Origin: Eutreptiella sp. 'Long Island Sound 2002'
Taxonomy: Eukaryota; Protista; Euglenida
Assembly: GCA_964036045.1 (NCBI GenBank)
Contig: OZ038378.1
Location: 79,670,001 to 79,734,000, forward strand
Direction of reading: 5' to 3'
Length of the DNA stretch: 64,000 nucleotides
The notes under the pieces were generated by a model, which had not been told where the DNA came from, ran no database searches, and saw nothing but the letters and a program-made list of their open reading frames with translations. The position numbers and the translations under genes are program-made. Positions 51,538 through 64,000 of this stretch are shown piece by piece; the stretch's first letter is position 1; each line of letters starts with the position of its first letter.

Positions 51538-52322
51538 TTGAGAAAATCAGGGGTACAGCCAGACACTGTCAACAAGGCTTCGGACCCTGCCCTGCTGAGC
51601 TTGTTAGAGAGACAGGCTGCCCTGATCAAGTCCCTCACGGAGAAGGTCAACAGTCTATCGGAAGCCCCCACGCGGTCCGACAGGTCTGTGCCACCCCTGT
51701 GCCTCAAGGAGTTACATGAGCTGGCCTTGGTATGGAACCACCCTCAATGGGTCACCAGGGTCCTGTACTACCTCAAATGCGCGATCCTCAAGGAAGCCCT
51801 GCTGCTGGATGCCATGAGAATGACCCCCAAGTGGGATGGCGAGGCGCAGAAGCCCCTCCTCTTCACCCTTTCGGATGACCAGAAGAAAGACACCACGGTA
51901 TGGACTGAGGTGGTGGGGACTGGAGATTCGACAGGGGGCGCCCCCATGGATGACAGCTCAGGCACCCCCCCCCCCCCCCGGTGTTGTCCTTGAACAGCTC
52001 TGCGGTGCTCATGGTGGACTCTTTCTGGCTGCTGATGTGGTCCTCCGTCCACTGTTACAAGGAGAGATACGAATCCGACTCGACTTCTTCTAAACAAGCA
52101 TCAGCGGCCTCAGACTTCACCTCAGGCCTGAGTACTGCTGGGGCACGCCTTAAAAAGGTCATTCGACGTCGTTTCAAAATGGTGGATGGGGTTGAGTACT
52201 TCGAGGTCCATAAAGGAGAGTGGGTGCGGTCGGACTCCGCCCCAGTGGGACCCTATAAAACGTGCAAAGGTCACGGGCTCATCGAGAGGCACTGGGTATG
52301 GAACTGCCCCGGGCTGGAGTGA
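51538..52322 (+). pseudogene. gag-like ORF (frameshift at the poly-C near 51965-51980)
   Basis: Coiled-coil N-part; C-terminal zinc-knuckle-like (Y)KTCKGHGLIERHWVWNCP. Confidence 0.6.
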
Positions 52323-52352
52323 CGGGACTTGGCGGCCTAGCTGGTGGACGCG

Positions 52353-53300
52353 ACATCAATGCTACAACGGCTGGACCGCTTCCGAAAGGGGGGCCCTGTG
52401 CTGGCACCCACCCCTGTGGCTTCCCAGGACGTCATTGACTGGCCGGCGGTGGTGGATGCATGGCAAATCTTGGGAGAGACTGACCCCACGGAGTGCCTAG
52501 CGGTTTGTCTTGTTTCAACATGGCGGCCATTGACACGAAGAACCTACACGAGCCACCTTCGATGATTTGCCCAATTCGGGGGCGCTGTCCCGCCAGGGGA
52601 CATGCACGCGTTGGCGGAAAAGGTCCCACTCTCCATGTTTGCCCAGTGCCAGAAGGCAGCGGCGGCCAGAGGATGCATATCCGCCCTCAAGGCGGTGGCT
52701 ACCTTGGGGTGGATCCCCCCCCTGCAATGGGACAGGCTATGGAGAATTTCCAAGGCGGCAGTGGATTCCCCGGGACAGCGACAGTTCGGAGGGCCCGACC
52801 TACTCTAGCTCATGGCCCAATCATGCTCCAGGGTGGGGGAGTGGAAAATCTATGCCGCAGCGGTCCTCTCCTTTGCCACGCTCTGCACAGTGGGAGAAAT
52901 ATCGTCAATTCGCCGATCGAACATCTCCAAGGTGGGACTCACGTACCAAGGAATCAAACGGGACCATCGCCAGATCACGAGACGACTGGGGCCATACGCG
53001 CAGGCATGGGCTACGTGGCTCCGCACGATCGCACCTGGTGAGGCGCCAGCATTGGGACGAGCAGCGGATCTCGAAACTGGTATGGCAAAGCTCTTGCAAG
53101 GGACCGACAGAAGAGAGGCCAGGTGGCATGCCTGGACACGAGCGGGCGCAACCTACCTCCGGTGGTTGGGACTTCCGTGGAGGCACCTCCTGTGGGGGGG
53201 TAGATGGCACACCATCAAAATTGCTCACCTGTACGCGTCTCCCCCCGACGAATTTGAATGTGTGCAGACTACGCGAGTGCCTTGGCCATCCACTGAAGGA
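52353..53300 (+). pseudogene. Tyrosine recombinase (in-frame stops near 52563 and 52809)
   Basis: N-terminal RRTYTSHL motif; ATLC(T)VGE, HAW(T)RAGAT, GRWH, and HLY (Tyr at 53232-53234). Confidence 0.85.
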
Positions 53301-53959
53301 ATCCGCTGGAGAAGAACCGATATCAGGGACCTGTGGCCCCTGGAGCTCTTCAAAAATGACGAGCAGGTCCGCACATCCCCAGCAGAGGCCAAGAGGACAC
53401 GACCCGCAGGAGGAGACGGCGGGACCGAAAAGGAGAGCGCCGCAGCGGTACGGACGATCGGTGCAGGGCGCCAGGGGAGAGGAGGCCGAAAATCCCGGCG
53501 CACGGTCTCAGAAGGAGCCACAGGAACGGGGGCCCCACCAGAAGTTGAGGCTCCCGGGGGCACGGGGTCCGTGGACCCGATGCCGACACGGGGTAGGGCT
53601 GACAATGGAACACCAGAAGCCCCGGTTACTTCCAAGGAGAGTCCCATCGACGTCGATGAGGAACAGGACGTGGAGATGGGGCCCCCGCGACAGCGTGACG
53701 CCGGTGGAGGAGCACAAGCCCCTGGACAGCCTCGAGGTGGTGAACGGTTCCAAGGACGGCCCCGGGGTTTCACGACATGGAGCACACGGCCCAGAACCAC
53801 AGCGGGTCTCGGAACCAAGCACCTGGCGACGCTGGCCCGACGTGCAACCGGCGGCGCCGGTAAACGATGACTGCCCCCGGGAGAGGGCTGTGGGGAGATT
53901 GATCCGGTCGGAACGAGGGCAGGGGTGGCTGGACGAAATTTCCACGGGCCTGCGGCTAA

Positions 53960-55831
53960 GTGGGGGCCTACGGGACCTGTTGCACCGGCGCATCCGTTTC
54001 CTATTCATCTAGGGGGGGGAGGGTGGCCAGAGACCTGGGTATGGTGGATGTAGATAACCAGCTAATCGCAACCTTGGACTCCCTGCGGGGGGATGTGTGG
54101 TCCTGTGTGCTGCGGAATTCCACCTCCCCGGTCACTCTCCTCCTTAGCATGGACCCTTCTGTTTTGGATAGGGGGTTGGGACCGGTGGGAGATATCCCCA
54201 TCCCCGAGTTTTTATGGGATTTCCTTGCCCCGCTTGATTTTCAGGAAGTAACGGATCGTGATTTGGGGGAAATGCCAGAGATCTCCCCTGAGGGCCTCAT
54301 TATGGCGCGTGCCTTGGTCAGGGACGGGGTCCTCCGGCAATGTCCTCAGGGGGGGGGGGGGGTCACCACGGGCCCAATGGCTACCTGTTCCCGATCCCCA
54401 AAAATGCCGTGAAGGCGTCCATAATTGTGCATTTGGTGCTCCTCAATAAGTGCCACCGTTTTCGCTCGCCACGTTTTAGTTTGCCCTCCGTTGACGACCT
54501 TGCTTTCCTTATACAGGCCCACAGCATGGGCCTCCCAAGGCTTTCGCTGGGGTCCCATTGTCTGGATCACCTGAACGACCCCTTCCTGCGTGAACTTGAA
54601 AGTTTACGTCTTTCGGCGGAACCGGGTGCCCCCCTCTTGGCCTGTCACATCGACCTTACCAATGCCTTTTGGTCGTTGACATTGCCACAGCCTTATAAAA
54701 ACAGCTTTAGAGTGCGCATCGACAGAAAATCCTACGCATTTTCTTGCCTGCCTTTTGGTTGGCGTTTTTCGCCGGTCATATGCCAATATGTGCTTGCTTT
54801 TGTGACGGGGTCTATGGACACCAGTGGTGTCCTTGTACTACACTATTTAGACGATTTCTGCGTCATTGGGTATGGAAAAGCCAGGGTAGGATCGGTGTCA
54901 CAACGCATGTGCGACGCTCTGCGCAAGGCGGGGGCTGTCATTAGCACTAAAAGTGTCGTGGAGCCGGTCCCGGTGATTTAGTGGTTGGGGAAATGGCTGG
55001 TGCTTTCGGGGGACGGTGCGGGGGTTTCCCCAAAGGGGCAGGGGGGGGCTGCTTTGCTTGGCCTCTGGATTCGGGCTGCGGTGTTGCCCCTTACCCGCAA
55101 ACACACCCGTCGTATCCTGGGCCGCTTTATTTGGAGCCTGCAGCCGACAGTGGGGTTCGCCCCTTTTTTGAGCGGCTGGTGGGTCCACTGTAAATGGGGG
55201 CCGAATTGGCTTGAGAACTGCCCCGTGTCCTTGGTCCAGAGCCTCTTGCACGGCCTCCTGCTCTCCTATAGGGCTTGGAAACCACAGGTATTGCTTCCCC
55301 TTGGCATCTGTGGGGGGCGGGGTCCTGTATGTGGATGCCGCCTTTGATGTTGACAAATTTGAAGTCGGTGTCTGAGGCCCAACCTTGGGTGGCCGGGTGT
55401 TCCCCTGCTCCCCGGGGTTTCGGACACAGCAAGAGGCCGAGCTCAAAGCCCTGGTTCGTGGAGTTCGGCTCCGCCTCAGGGTGGGCTGGCCCGTGTGGCG
55501 TCTGATAGGGGATAATTCCTCAGCTTTGGTGCAGGTCGCTTCCCTTAGGGCCAGTGCGGGCCTGCGACGCCACAACAGGCACCTGCGGAGGTTATTTTTT
55601 TTCATCCGGCGCCTGGAGCGCTCGGTGTATCTGGAATTTGTTCCGGGGGACCCAAGCCCGGCTGACAGCCTCTCCAGGATAGACTCGGAGTGGAAAGGGC
55701 GGATGCAGGATGCCTGTGCAGGGGCTGCAGCCCGCCACGTGGCTTTACAGTCGTTCCCTGGAGTCCCCTCCCCGGTGTGGGTCTTGGGTTTCCCTAAAGG
55801 ACGTCGGAGGCAGCCTGTAACCTGGATGTAG
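53960..55831 (+). pseudogene. DIRS-type RT + RNase H
   Basis: LFPIPK, HIDLTNAFW, LPFGWRFSP, YLDD (54844-54855); RNase H motifs VDAA, AELKAL, IGDNSSA, PADSLSR; stops and a poly-G frameshift are present. Confidence 0.9.
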
Positions 55832-57308
55832 TGGCACTGGGGTTAGTTGACCCACTGTCCTGATTTTTTTTTTGGGATAGGGCCATGAGAGGTGTTGTTG
55901 TTGTGCCCGTGGGAGAGTGAACAAAAATATGCAGCGAGGCGCCACAATATGCCTGAATTGTGTTTTGCTTTGTTCGTAAAACGACTGTCAGCTTTGCTAA
56001 ATGGGGTTTTATATGTCTGTCTTATTTGTTCGAGATTGTTTTGAAATTTTGCCTGGGGAAGCCCGCCCACCCGCCCGGAGTGAGGGGAGGCCCGCCCACC
56101 CAGCCAACGAACAGCATGTGTATCTATGGCGTCATAGCGCCTTTGTGGTGTATGGTACAGCAGCGAGGAGCCAGAATATGCCTAAGTTGTGTTTTGCTTT
56201 GTTCGTAAAACAATATATTAGGGTCTGTTGCAAACAATGTGTCCTCAAACTCCCATAGAATCAGACACACTACAACAATAGAAACATCACTTCAACAACC
56301 TCCAACTACACCTGCGTGCAAACGGTCTAAGGCTTGTTGTATAGTACTCCTTAACGCCTGCTAACTGTGATACTTACACAATACCACGGTGGGACCATTG
56401 TAAAACACGATACAAGAGATACGCAACAGAACGGCGTACAAAAAAATATTAGTAGACCACATGTCGAATAAGTTTCAAATTGTCATAGCGCTATTATACC
56501 ACACATCAGAAGTCAAAATGGGACAATCAAAATACAGCCTATTGCCACCGGTGCCTGTACCACATAGAAGCACCCCCCCTGCCTTGAGTCGCACTTCAAT
56601 GACCTCCAGTGGCAGGCGTTCAGTTAGCGCCCCGTGCCCGTGTCAGATAATGCGCTACCCCAAAGGACTTCCCTCCTCCACCCCCCCCTGCGCACTTCTC
56701 TGTTGCCCACTGCCATTGTTTCGGACAACCAACATACTCCAAGGTACTCACTGTTGCCACATGTGCATGTAGGATTGTCGCCGGGTGTGGCTCCATCTGC
56801 GTCCCCACAACCATCTATTGTCCCAGTAAAGAGAGACGGTTAGTATCGGTCACAATGGTCACTACTACATGATATGCCACTGGCCAAATACCGCAATAGT
56901 ATGTGATCAACTAATTGTTTGGCCTAGTTCACACATGTGTGTTATGTACCCCATTATTATCAGTTTTTGGGACCCTGGGCTCTGCAGAGTCAAGCCAGCG
57001 CCAGATGCTACTTTTACCCCTTCTCGGTTACTTGGTCATGGCTCGTGGCTCCCTATGTCCCCTCTGTCTATTACACGGCCCGCCATTGCCAATTTCCGGA
57101 CGCCGGGCTCTGCAGAGCCCCGCTTTTTTCAACAACCTAATTTCATGTCTTCTGCGCATGCTACCCGCAATGCAACCCCGTACTTCTTTTACCTCACGTG
57201 TGAATTCAGCTCCCACTATGCGCGGTATGTGCTAGTCTACGCCTATTGCTAGTGTCCTGTTACGGTTACCAGCTTTTCCCGTTGTCCCACCCAGACTGTC
57301 TTCTCACT

Positions 57309-59452
57309 ATGGCACCAGTTTCTAGGGCGTTGCATGTCAGCTACATGCGGTCTCTTTGTAAGAAAGAATGGCGCATTGGTCGCCTAATGATATTGTTCGC
57401 TGTGCCCCATGGTGTGGTGGAGGAATTCATACAACTATGTGCGGGCCTACGTGTTAACAAGCGGTCCCGCATTATGCTTCACCGCATTCGCAAGGCGTTG
57501 GCACGAAAACAATGGCTGTGTTGGCTAACCGATTTTTCCAAAGAGGCCTATTATGTATGGCTGGGTATGCGTCGCATGGCCTTGCCACAAGCGGCCGTCC
57601 CGAGTGGTGAGAGCACCATTGCTGTCATGCGGGTAGACAGCCGCAATCTGGTGCACGCAGGTCTCACCAAGCCATCACGGTTTTCTATTGCAGATCAGCG
57701 GGCATTGCAGTTGAGCAAACCGTGGCATAGCATTGTTCGGCGTGATATTGTGGTGTCGGTGGACAACTGGTGGCATGCGCAGTTTCGGGCCAATCCAGTG
57801 AAACCACATGTCTGTCTAGATGTCACCGCAATCGCGGTGTTGCACACAACCCCCCTTCCCGTTTTTCTTGGTCACCCGAGTCTGCATGATCTAGTGGAAC
57901 GGGTTGACACTGTGGCCATGGCGGTTGTTCAACAGCATAGAGAAATCTTGAAGGTGTGCACTGATATGTGCAATACACCCATTTCTCAGAGATTCATCCG
58001 TGCCCCCCTCGGGACTTCCCGGAAGGCTAGTAGACAACAACTCCTTTGGCAGCCATTTGGCATATATGAGTCCCGTACAGGTCAGATCCAAAAGCTCTTG
58101 GATCTCCTCGATATGCTACACACTGCCCAACGGCATTGTCAGAACCCGATGGCATTGCTCGTTCATTGGTGCATCCACTACCGGGTGCTCAAAATGTACT
58201 CTCTCTGTATTGTACTCTAGAGCACCCATTGACTTGAATTTTCTTGATCGGTTGCGGGGTATTCCGTTCATGTACGGTGTGTGCCACCCCCTACAAACAT
58301 GTTTGCAATATCCTCTGGCGTAAATTCTTTCCTCTGGTTTCGTATATCACTGCTCCCGTGTTTGGGGCCAGTGCTCGCATATATAACCACCACAAACTCA
58401 TTGTCATAGAGAAATCTATCGCTGCACTCCTTGTCGCAGCCCCAGACATACGGGCACAAATTCGGCAGAAAATTACCCTGTTTGAGGGATGCGCCGACCA
58501 AGCAGCCCTAAACACACAGGATGGGTTGCGCATCCTTTGGGGCTTGGAATGCTTTCTTAATCATTACCTCCAAGCCATCTTTGTAGTGGGACACTTAGTG
58601 CGCAATTGCACTTGGGCTGGGCGCGCCGACGGGTCGGGTGTGGTAGCCACGTGTGTACTCTAGTGTTGTCTGGGTCTACTTGTCGACCTTGCCGGTCTCG
58701 CTGCAGCGATAATGGACTACGTCCGCATGCTATGCTGCGCACTTCTATACAATACGCAATTGCACCATCACACGCCTGGCGCCGCCCATGTGGAGAAATG
58801 TTGTGAGGCCCTGCTCGCAAAATTGCGGGCATGGCACAAGCAACACCCCGACAAGCACACGGTGGATGAGGCTGGTGTCCTTTTCCTCACCATGCCCCCC
58901 CGTCAGCATGGCATTCAACGGAGTCCCTCTCCGAAAGTGTGTGTGTAGAGCACGACAGGGTATGGGCACTCGTACGTGGTGCAGGACGGGAGGAGCATCC
59001 CACTGTGCGATGGTCCTCGGGTCCAGTCAGTGTGATTGAGGCAAAGAAACACAACACACGTGTTTCCCGAAAAGGTAACTAGGGGTACCCTACTTGTTGC
59101 GTTTATGAAAGCTATTCTAAAGCGCTTTTTGCGCACCTTGGTAGGTGGACAAGGGCTCCGCGATGATGCCATGGATTTCATACGGCGACATATCTCGTTG
59201 AGGCCACATGTGAACCGCCGCGAGGCCCGGGCAGCTGTAGAAACATTGGGGTTCATACCAATTGCAATGGAGCACATTGTTCCCACAGTGCCAAATGCAA
59301 TGTTCATTGATCATGTCCGTGCCCCCCTTGACGATGGTGTACTTGTCATCCGGGCCAAGGATGTTGTAGATGTCGACACCCTCTCGTATGGCCCTGTACC
59401 TATTGTGCTCACTGAGGAGTTGCGCCAATTTTACCCGATACATTCAGACTGA
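57309..59452 (+). pseudogene. Degenerate RNase-H-fold DDE-like transposase (tentatively DUF6589/Academ-like) plus a downstream ORF
   Basis: IVVSVDNWW (D1-like); LLVHWCIHYRVLKMY (D2 position decayed); PYKHVCNILWRKFF; HVEKCCEALLAKL (E-like). The family assignment is from memory and unverified. Confidence 0.45.
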
Positions 59453-59920
59453 TCACGGGAAGGGGGGGGGGGGCAAAGCAGACCCCCCCCCCCAGACAGC
59501 CCGATTTGATATATACACCCCTGTTCTTGCTGTACTCAAAATGTCTAGGCTGTGCAGAGCCCACCTTTGTCCCACACTCAGTTTTGAGGGTATGTATTAT
59601 TGGTTCTTGTTATTCTCGGCCCTGCAGAGCCTAGCCTGTCACCACTGCCCCTAAATACCCCCAACTGGTCATTTTCTGTTCCTTTCTTAGTGCTTTGGCC
59701 TGATAGATTCAGACTGATTACCGGGGGGGGGGGGGCTGGCAACGCGGAGCCCCCCCCCCCCCCCCCGACAGCCTGATTTGATGTGTACAAGCTTGTTATT
59801 GGTGTACCCCAAATGTGTGGGCTCTGCAGAGACCAGCTTTGTCCGAGTCTGAGTTTTGAGGGGTTGTATTACTGGTTCTTGTTACTAAAGAAGGTCTGTA
59901 GGACCAGCCCCTGCCATTGT
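59445..59920 (+). repeat. Tandem duplication of about 265 bp containing the GGCTCTGCAGAGCC palindrome
   Basis: ttcagactgat...G-run...C-run..gacagcc.gatttgat...cagttttgaggg..tgtatta.tggttcttgtta occurs twice. Confidence 0.85.
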
Positions 59921-61329
59921 ACGAGCTCTACCGCCTAAGCCTGATTGTTCCACCTTCTTCCCTGTGACCCCCATTGTCCTTGACCTCACCATTGCTTGCA
60001 TGTTTCACAAAATCCAAACAAATCCCGTAGGTACACCCTTGGCAACCCTTGCAACGAAATCCGAGCACTTGATCAACAGATTCAAATGACCAATGAAGTC
60101 CAACTAGCCGATCACCAAATTGAGCCGAGTGCACCCTCATTAATACATGAACATGATCATGGAGAGGGAACAAATAATGACAATGTTGGGCAAGAGGAGA
60201 GGAAGAAACAGAAGTAGAAGTGAAGCCCTAGAATAAGATATGCGAGTATCGAAGACGATGTTGCATCCCTACTCCAAGCATCGATTGTATATGCCATGCA
60301 CATTCGAACTATGCGTTCATTTGCGGACATATGACGCCATACGAAAAAGACCTCGATTCAACATAATGAGAAAAATGACATTGACATTTGGGAGGTCATG
60401 CGCGACAAAATGACATCAATGAAGTCCACATATTGCATGGCGATACAAAACGGAAATGATACATAACACAATGGCATCATTAGATTCTTTATAAGCGTGG
60501 CCCCACATGGCCCATCCTCACCCTTGCCTACAAGACGGGAAAACTGGAATTGAGAAACATTCATTCCAAACATGAGAAATGTTCTCCCCATGGATCAAGC
60601 ATAACACCATGGCCCGCATGGACACAAAGTACGGCATGGCCACATACATGCCTTGGCCACACTCATGAATCACCAATGATCACATGTAAATAGCTTGCAA
60701 TGAGGATCACCAAATACGAGTCGCGAGAGTGACCTCACGGCACTACCTCACACATGGCATGTGTGACACATCACATATATCATCATGCTGGCAATGCCTC
60801 GGTACTTCACACCGGACATTGGGTGCCTATCACTCAGCAATAACATACACAATGGCCAGCAAGTGAATAAACTTGGCGGGTTTACCTGCTGCTCGCGAAC
60901 AAGGCATCAAGAAGGGCCGGCGCACCAAACCTCACATGTTTAGTGTATGCTACATACTAATTACTGGGCTCCCTGCGGTTAGAGTGTCGCAAACCAAAAG
61001 CAGGAATAAAGTGCAAAGCCAACACACAACATATACCTCATGCCCTCACATGCTTGTACATGCCACTCGGTCCCATCACCTGGTGCCTAATTGCTTGGGA
61101 ACCGCGGGCATCCACAAACACAAATTGTCATGTGCATTAGAAACAATCCACACATGCTTATGTGAAATCAACATTGCCAATCTACATGTTCATGTGACAT
61201 CACACCAATTCAATGCATGCTACTTATTGGGTAAGAAGATGCCCCCGGTCACATGAAGAATCCTAGACCCGGCCCGGAGAGAGAGTGCACATGGAGAGAT
61301 ATCCAAGGTCCAATGAGAGCACATCCATT

Positions 61330-61520
61330 GTGAGATTGTGCTATCCCAAAGAGAGATAATCCCGCCTCAAAGAGAGATGGTGCCGCCCCAATCCAGGCCT
61401 GAGATGGTCCCGCCCCAATCCATGCCGTGACAGAGACCCTCACCGATCCATGGCCGAAGAGAGAGAACCTAACCAATCCATGGCCGAAGAGAGATAAACT
61501 CACCAAAACCGGATCCAGAG
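61330..61520. repeat. Short degenerate tandem units of about 30 bp (ccaatccatggccgaagagaga)
   Basis: Direct read. Confidence 0.7.
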
Positions 61521-63087
61521 AGCATGCACATGGAGAGAGAATTTAGCCTGACCATGACCCATGAGACCATGCATGCACTTGAAGTGGGAATCTCCGACAT
61601 TGATTCAGGATGATGCCTACACCCAATTACCAAATCAAATGACCTATATCCATGCCATACTGCATGTTGACAAACGAAGGGTAGTGGATCACCAACCATG
61701 CTCGAACCATGATATGAAATCATGAAGACACATCCCGGATGTCAACGGAGTAAGACCGCAACACGCAAATGAGAGGTAGCATCAAAGGTTAGCACGAGTG
61801 CAATTCTCCACCTTTAGCATGTCCACCCATTGCACGTGCACACAACATGTTCCACACACAACATGTCCAAAGATCGATGTATCATGACTCACACGGAAAG
61901 CAAAAAAAGGACAAAGAAGAGAAGTAGAAGACATTCATGGGCGAGCAACGACCGAGTTACTTTCTTCCCCCCATGTGCGCCTACCTCAGCCACCTCCACG
62001 TCAACTCCTCTTCTACTAGGGCTCCTCGAGCTTCAAGGGAGTCGTGATCCGCCATACGTGTAGGAGTGGCAAATGCCGAAGCAAATGTGCCCATTAACGC
62101 ATACCAATCCCTTTTTACGGGGCCTGCCGGAGTGGGCGGAGGCACCACAACAGGATTTAGCCAAATCACAATTCTGGGCCTTCTATCATCCGCTAACGTT
62201 GCCCTAGCTTCCGATTCGTATCCATTTTAGCAACATGATGTAATCTAACACTATTAGCACCCGTTGGGAAGAGTTTTGAGACCATCGGACCGCATTGAAG
62301 AACAGAGAGCACGCGCACACCACCAGGAACGCGAGGAATACGAGAAGGGCGCACGCACACACAGCATGCCTGATCTGAACGAGAAATGTCACATTCTCCA
62401 TCATGTGGATTATAGCTAGTATGAATTCTAAATTCTCCTGAAATGATACTCGAAATTGCTGAAATCGCTGAAATCGCTGAAATATGCAACAGTGCAGCCA
62501 AATGGGATCCGAACCGGCTTCACCCCCCTTCCCAGAGCATTGTAACCAGCTCGGAAAGACATAAAGAGGACGGGAGGATCCCGGTTTCTCACCTGGCGCC
62601 CCCCTCATGGTGGGCCTGCCCAAACAATCGGGGGGAGGTAGAAACCCAAAAGAATGAGGTCCCTCCAGTCACAACTAAACCTAAAGGCATAGGGGGCAGA
62701 TCAAAGATAGACAAAAGCAACGTCGTCGACCGGTCTGCATAAAACGACCACAAACGGATATATGATGCCTGATATGCACAGCATGAACCCCTCGCATGAC
62801 CCGCACTCCCAGCAAGAGACATGAGAGCAATCGATCACCTCCAAGAGACATTGGCATTCGGAGAAGGGAGATGACACTGCATCATGGCAAGCGTAGACAC
62901 AAACAACGGAGAAGTTTTTTTCAACTTTTTTTTCGTCTTTTTCTTGGGTCCAATTATCGGACTCCAGGTGCGAGATGAGCTCCAACGGATGCCGCCATCG
63001 CGTCGAGCTCACGAAAGTATGGTCGTGGATCCGGTCGGAATCTCCCAAAGTGCCCACAATGCCGAGAAATGCGAAAAAAATCTTCTC

Positions 63088-63323
63088 CTAAAAATAGTAA
63101 CAGATGTTACTAAAAATAGCACAGACGAAAAATTGAAATCCGCAAATCGAGTGATCCTGGAGGGAAACGGACCTCACCAATGCGACCGCGACACCTATCG
63201 GGTGGCTGCGGATTTAGACGAGACGCGAAACGGAGCCGGTATGGTGGACTTCTAAAAATAGAAATTGTGCTACTAAAAATAGAACAAGTGTGCTAGAAAT
63301 AGAACGTGGTGTGCTAAAAATAG
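63088..63323. repeat. Six copies of the CTA(A/G)AAATAG motif
   Basis: Copies at 63088, 63110, 63252, 63273, 63293 and 63314. Confidence 0.8.
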
Positions 63324-63824
63324 AAATAGCACTTGGGGAGGGAATTCCCACATCTGGTGGTCCCCATTGCGTCTAGAAATCTCCAAATAGGTCCAATCGC
63401 TCCAAAGAGTGGCGAACACAAAGGAACAAAACAAGGTGGGTGAGGAGAGCAAAGTAAATAGTTCGCAACTTCATATCCCCCGCAAACTGTGGAATTCCAA
63501 CTCAGAAGTCTACGAACGATCCCATATAGCGGGGGTGTCGCTTCCGCCGATGCACTCACCAAAGGCTCTACCAAAAAAAATGTAAGAAAGACGAATGGAA
63601 CTTGACAAATCTTGATTCGTGGAAACTCTTCAGCAAGCGGCGACCGACCGTGCACGCAAAAAACATGAACACAATCCAAGACTGATCTTGGTTCCATATG
63701 CCCGTCTCATGTCAAGGAAATTGGGAAGGGTGGTACTTGGGAGATTCTAAGTCATGATATATGCATCTCTGCGGCAATTTAATGAGAAACAACCAATTGT
63801 GTCAAGGGTTAAGGACGAGTCGTC

Positions 63825-63998
63825 TCAATTCCGTTCGTGCATGATCAAATGCACCAAGACATCCTTGACATCCAGACTAATCCTCTTTTTCTTGAGATAG
63901 GCAAGCCACACGGTGGTGTACCTCGGCACAAAGCTGCTCGGAGGCTCCCATGAGTCTTGCAAAGCGGCAAATCTTTTCCAACGAACCGTGTGTAGCCT
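63825..63998 (-). CDS. Chromodomain-containing C-terminal fragment (gene starts beyond the window)
   Basis: HTVRWKRFAALQDSWEPPSSF...VWLAYLKK matches the chromodomain pattern V(K/R)WKG(Y/F)xxxxx(T/S)WEP; TGA at 63825-63827. Confidence 0.65.
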   Translation of the reverse strand, partial: RLHTVRWKRFAALQDSWEPPSSFVPRYTTVWLAYLKKKRISLDVKDVLVHLIMHERN

Positions 63999-64000
63999 CT

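Larger units (their letters stand above)
51194..56211 (+). mobile_element. VIPER/TATE-like tyrosine-recombinase retrotransposon with split direct repeats
   Basis: Gene order gag-YR-RT-RH. Repeat A (82 bp) at 51194-51275 and 55980-56061; repeat B (52 bp) at 55931-55982 and 56160-56211; layout A1...B1/A2..B2. Confidence 0.85.

Noticed and set aside
52567-54012. 481-aa ORF overlapping the YR
   Set aside because: Arg/Pro/Gly-rich alternative frame of GC-rich coding DNA with no recognisable motif.

Overview
Eukaryotic, repeat-dominated DNA made almost entirely of nested transposable elements and satellites around two exons of one host metallophosphoesterase gene (38058-38290 and 43103-43349, + strand, GT-AG intron). 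A euglenozoan host is inferred but not proven, from TTAGGG-like tracts and a gag-YR-RT-RH retroelement. Main elements: (1) A 7.3-kb element (890-8196) with 44-bp terminal inverted repeats. It encodes a spliced RAG1/Transib-like DDE transposase plus three densely packed accessory genes, and its introns carry CTAG-rich cassettes built from the same motif as its termini. A divergent paralog lies head-to-head at the window start. (2) A 3.2-kb Zator-like element (25457-28702) with TIRs, an AAT target duplication, a C-terminal SAP+PHD region and an uninterrupted paralogous target site at about 44740-44860. (3) A 5.0-kb VIPER/TATE-like tyrosine-recombinase retrotransposon (51194-56211) with split direct repeats sharing an AAC core. 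(4) A degenerate DDE-like transposase (about 57309-59452) associated with a GGGCTCTGCAGAGCCC palindrome. (5) Penelope-like RT relics, MITE-like elements, a 1.15-kb macrosatellite, a 162-bp satellite, microsatellites and a chromodomain fragment at the right edge. No rRNA, tRNA or CRISPR array was recognised. All family assignments come from motif reading by eye, with no database search.
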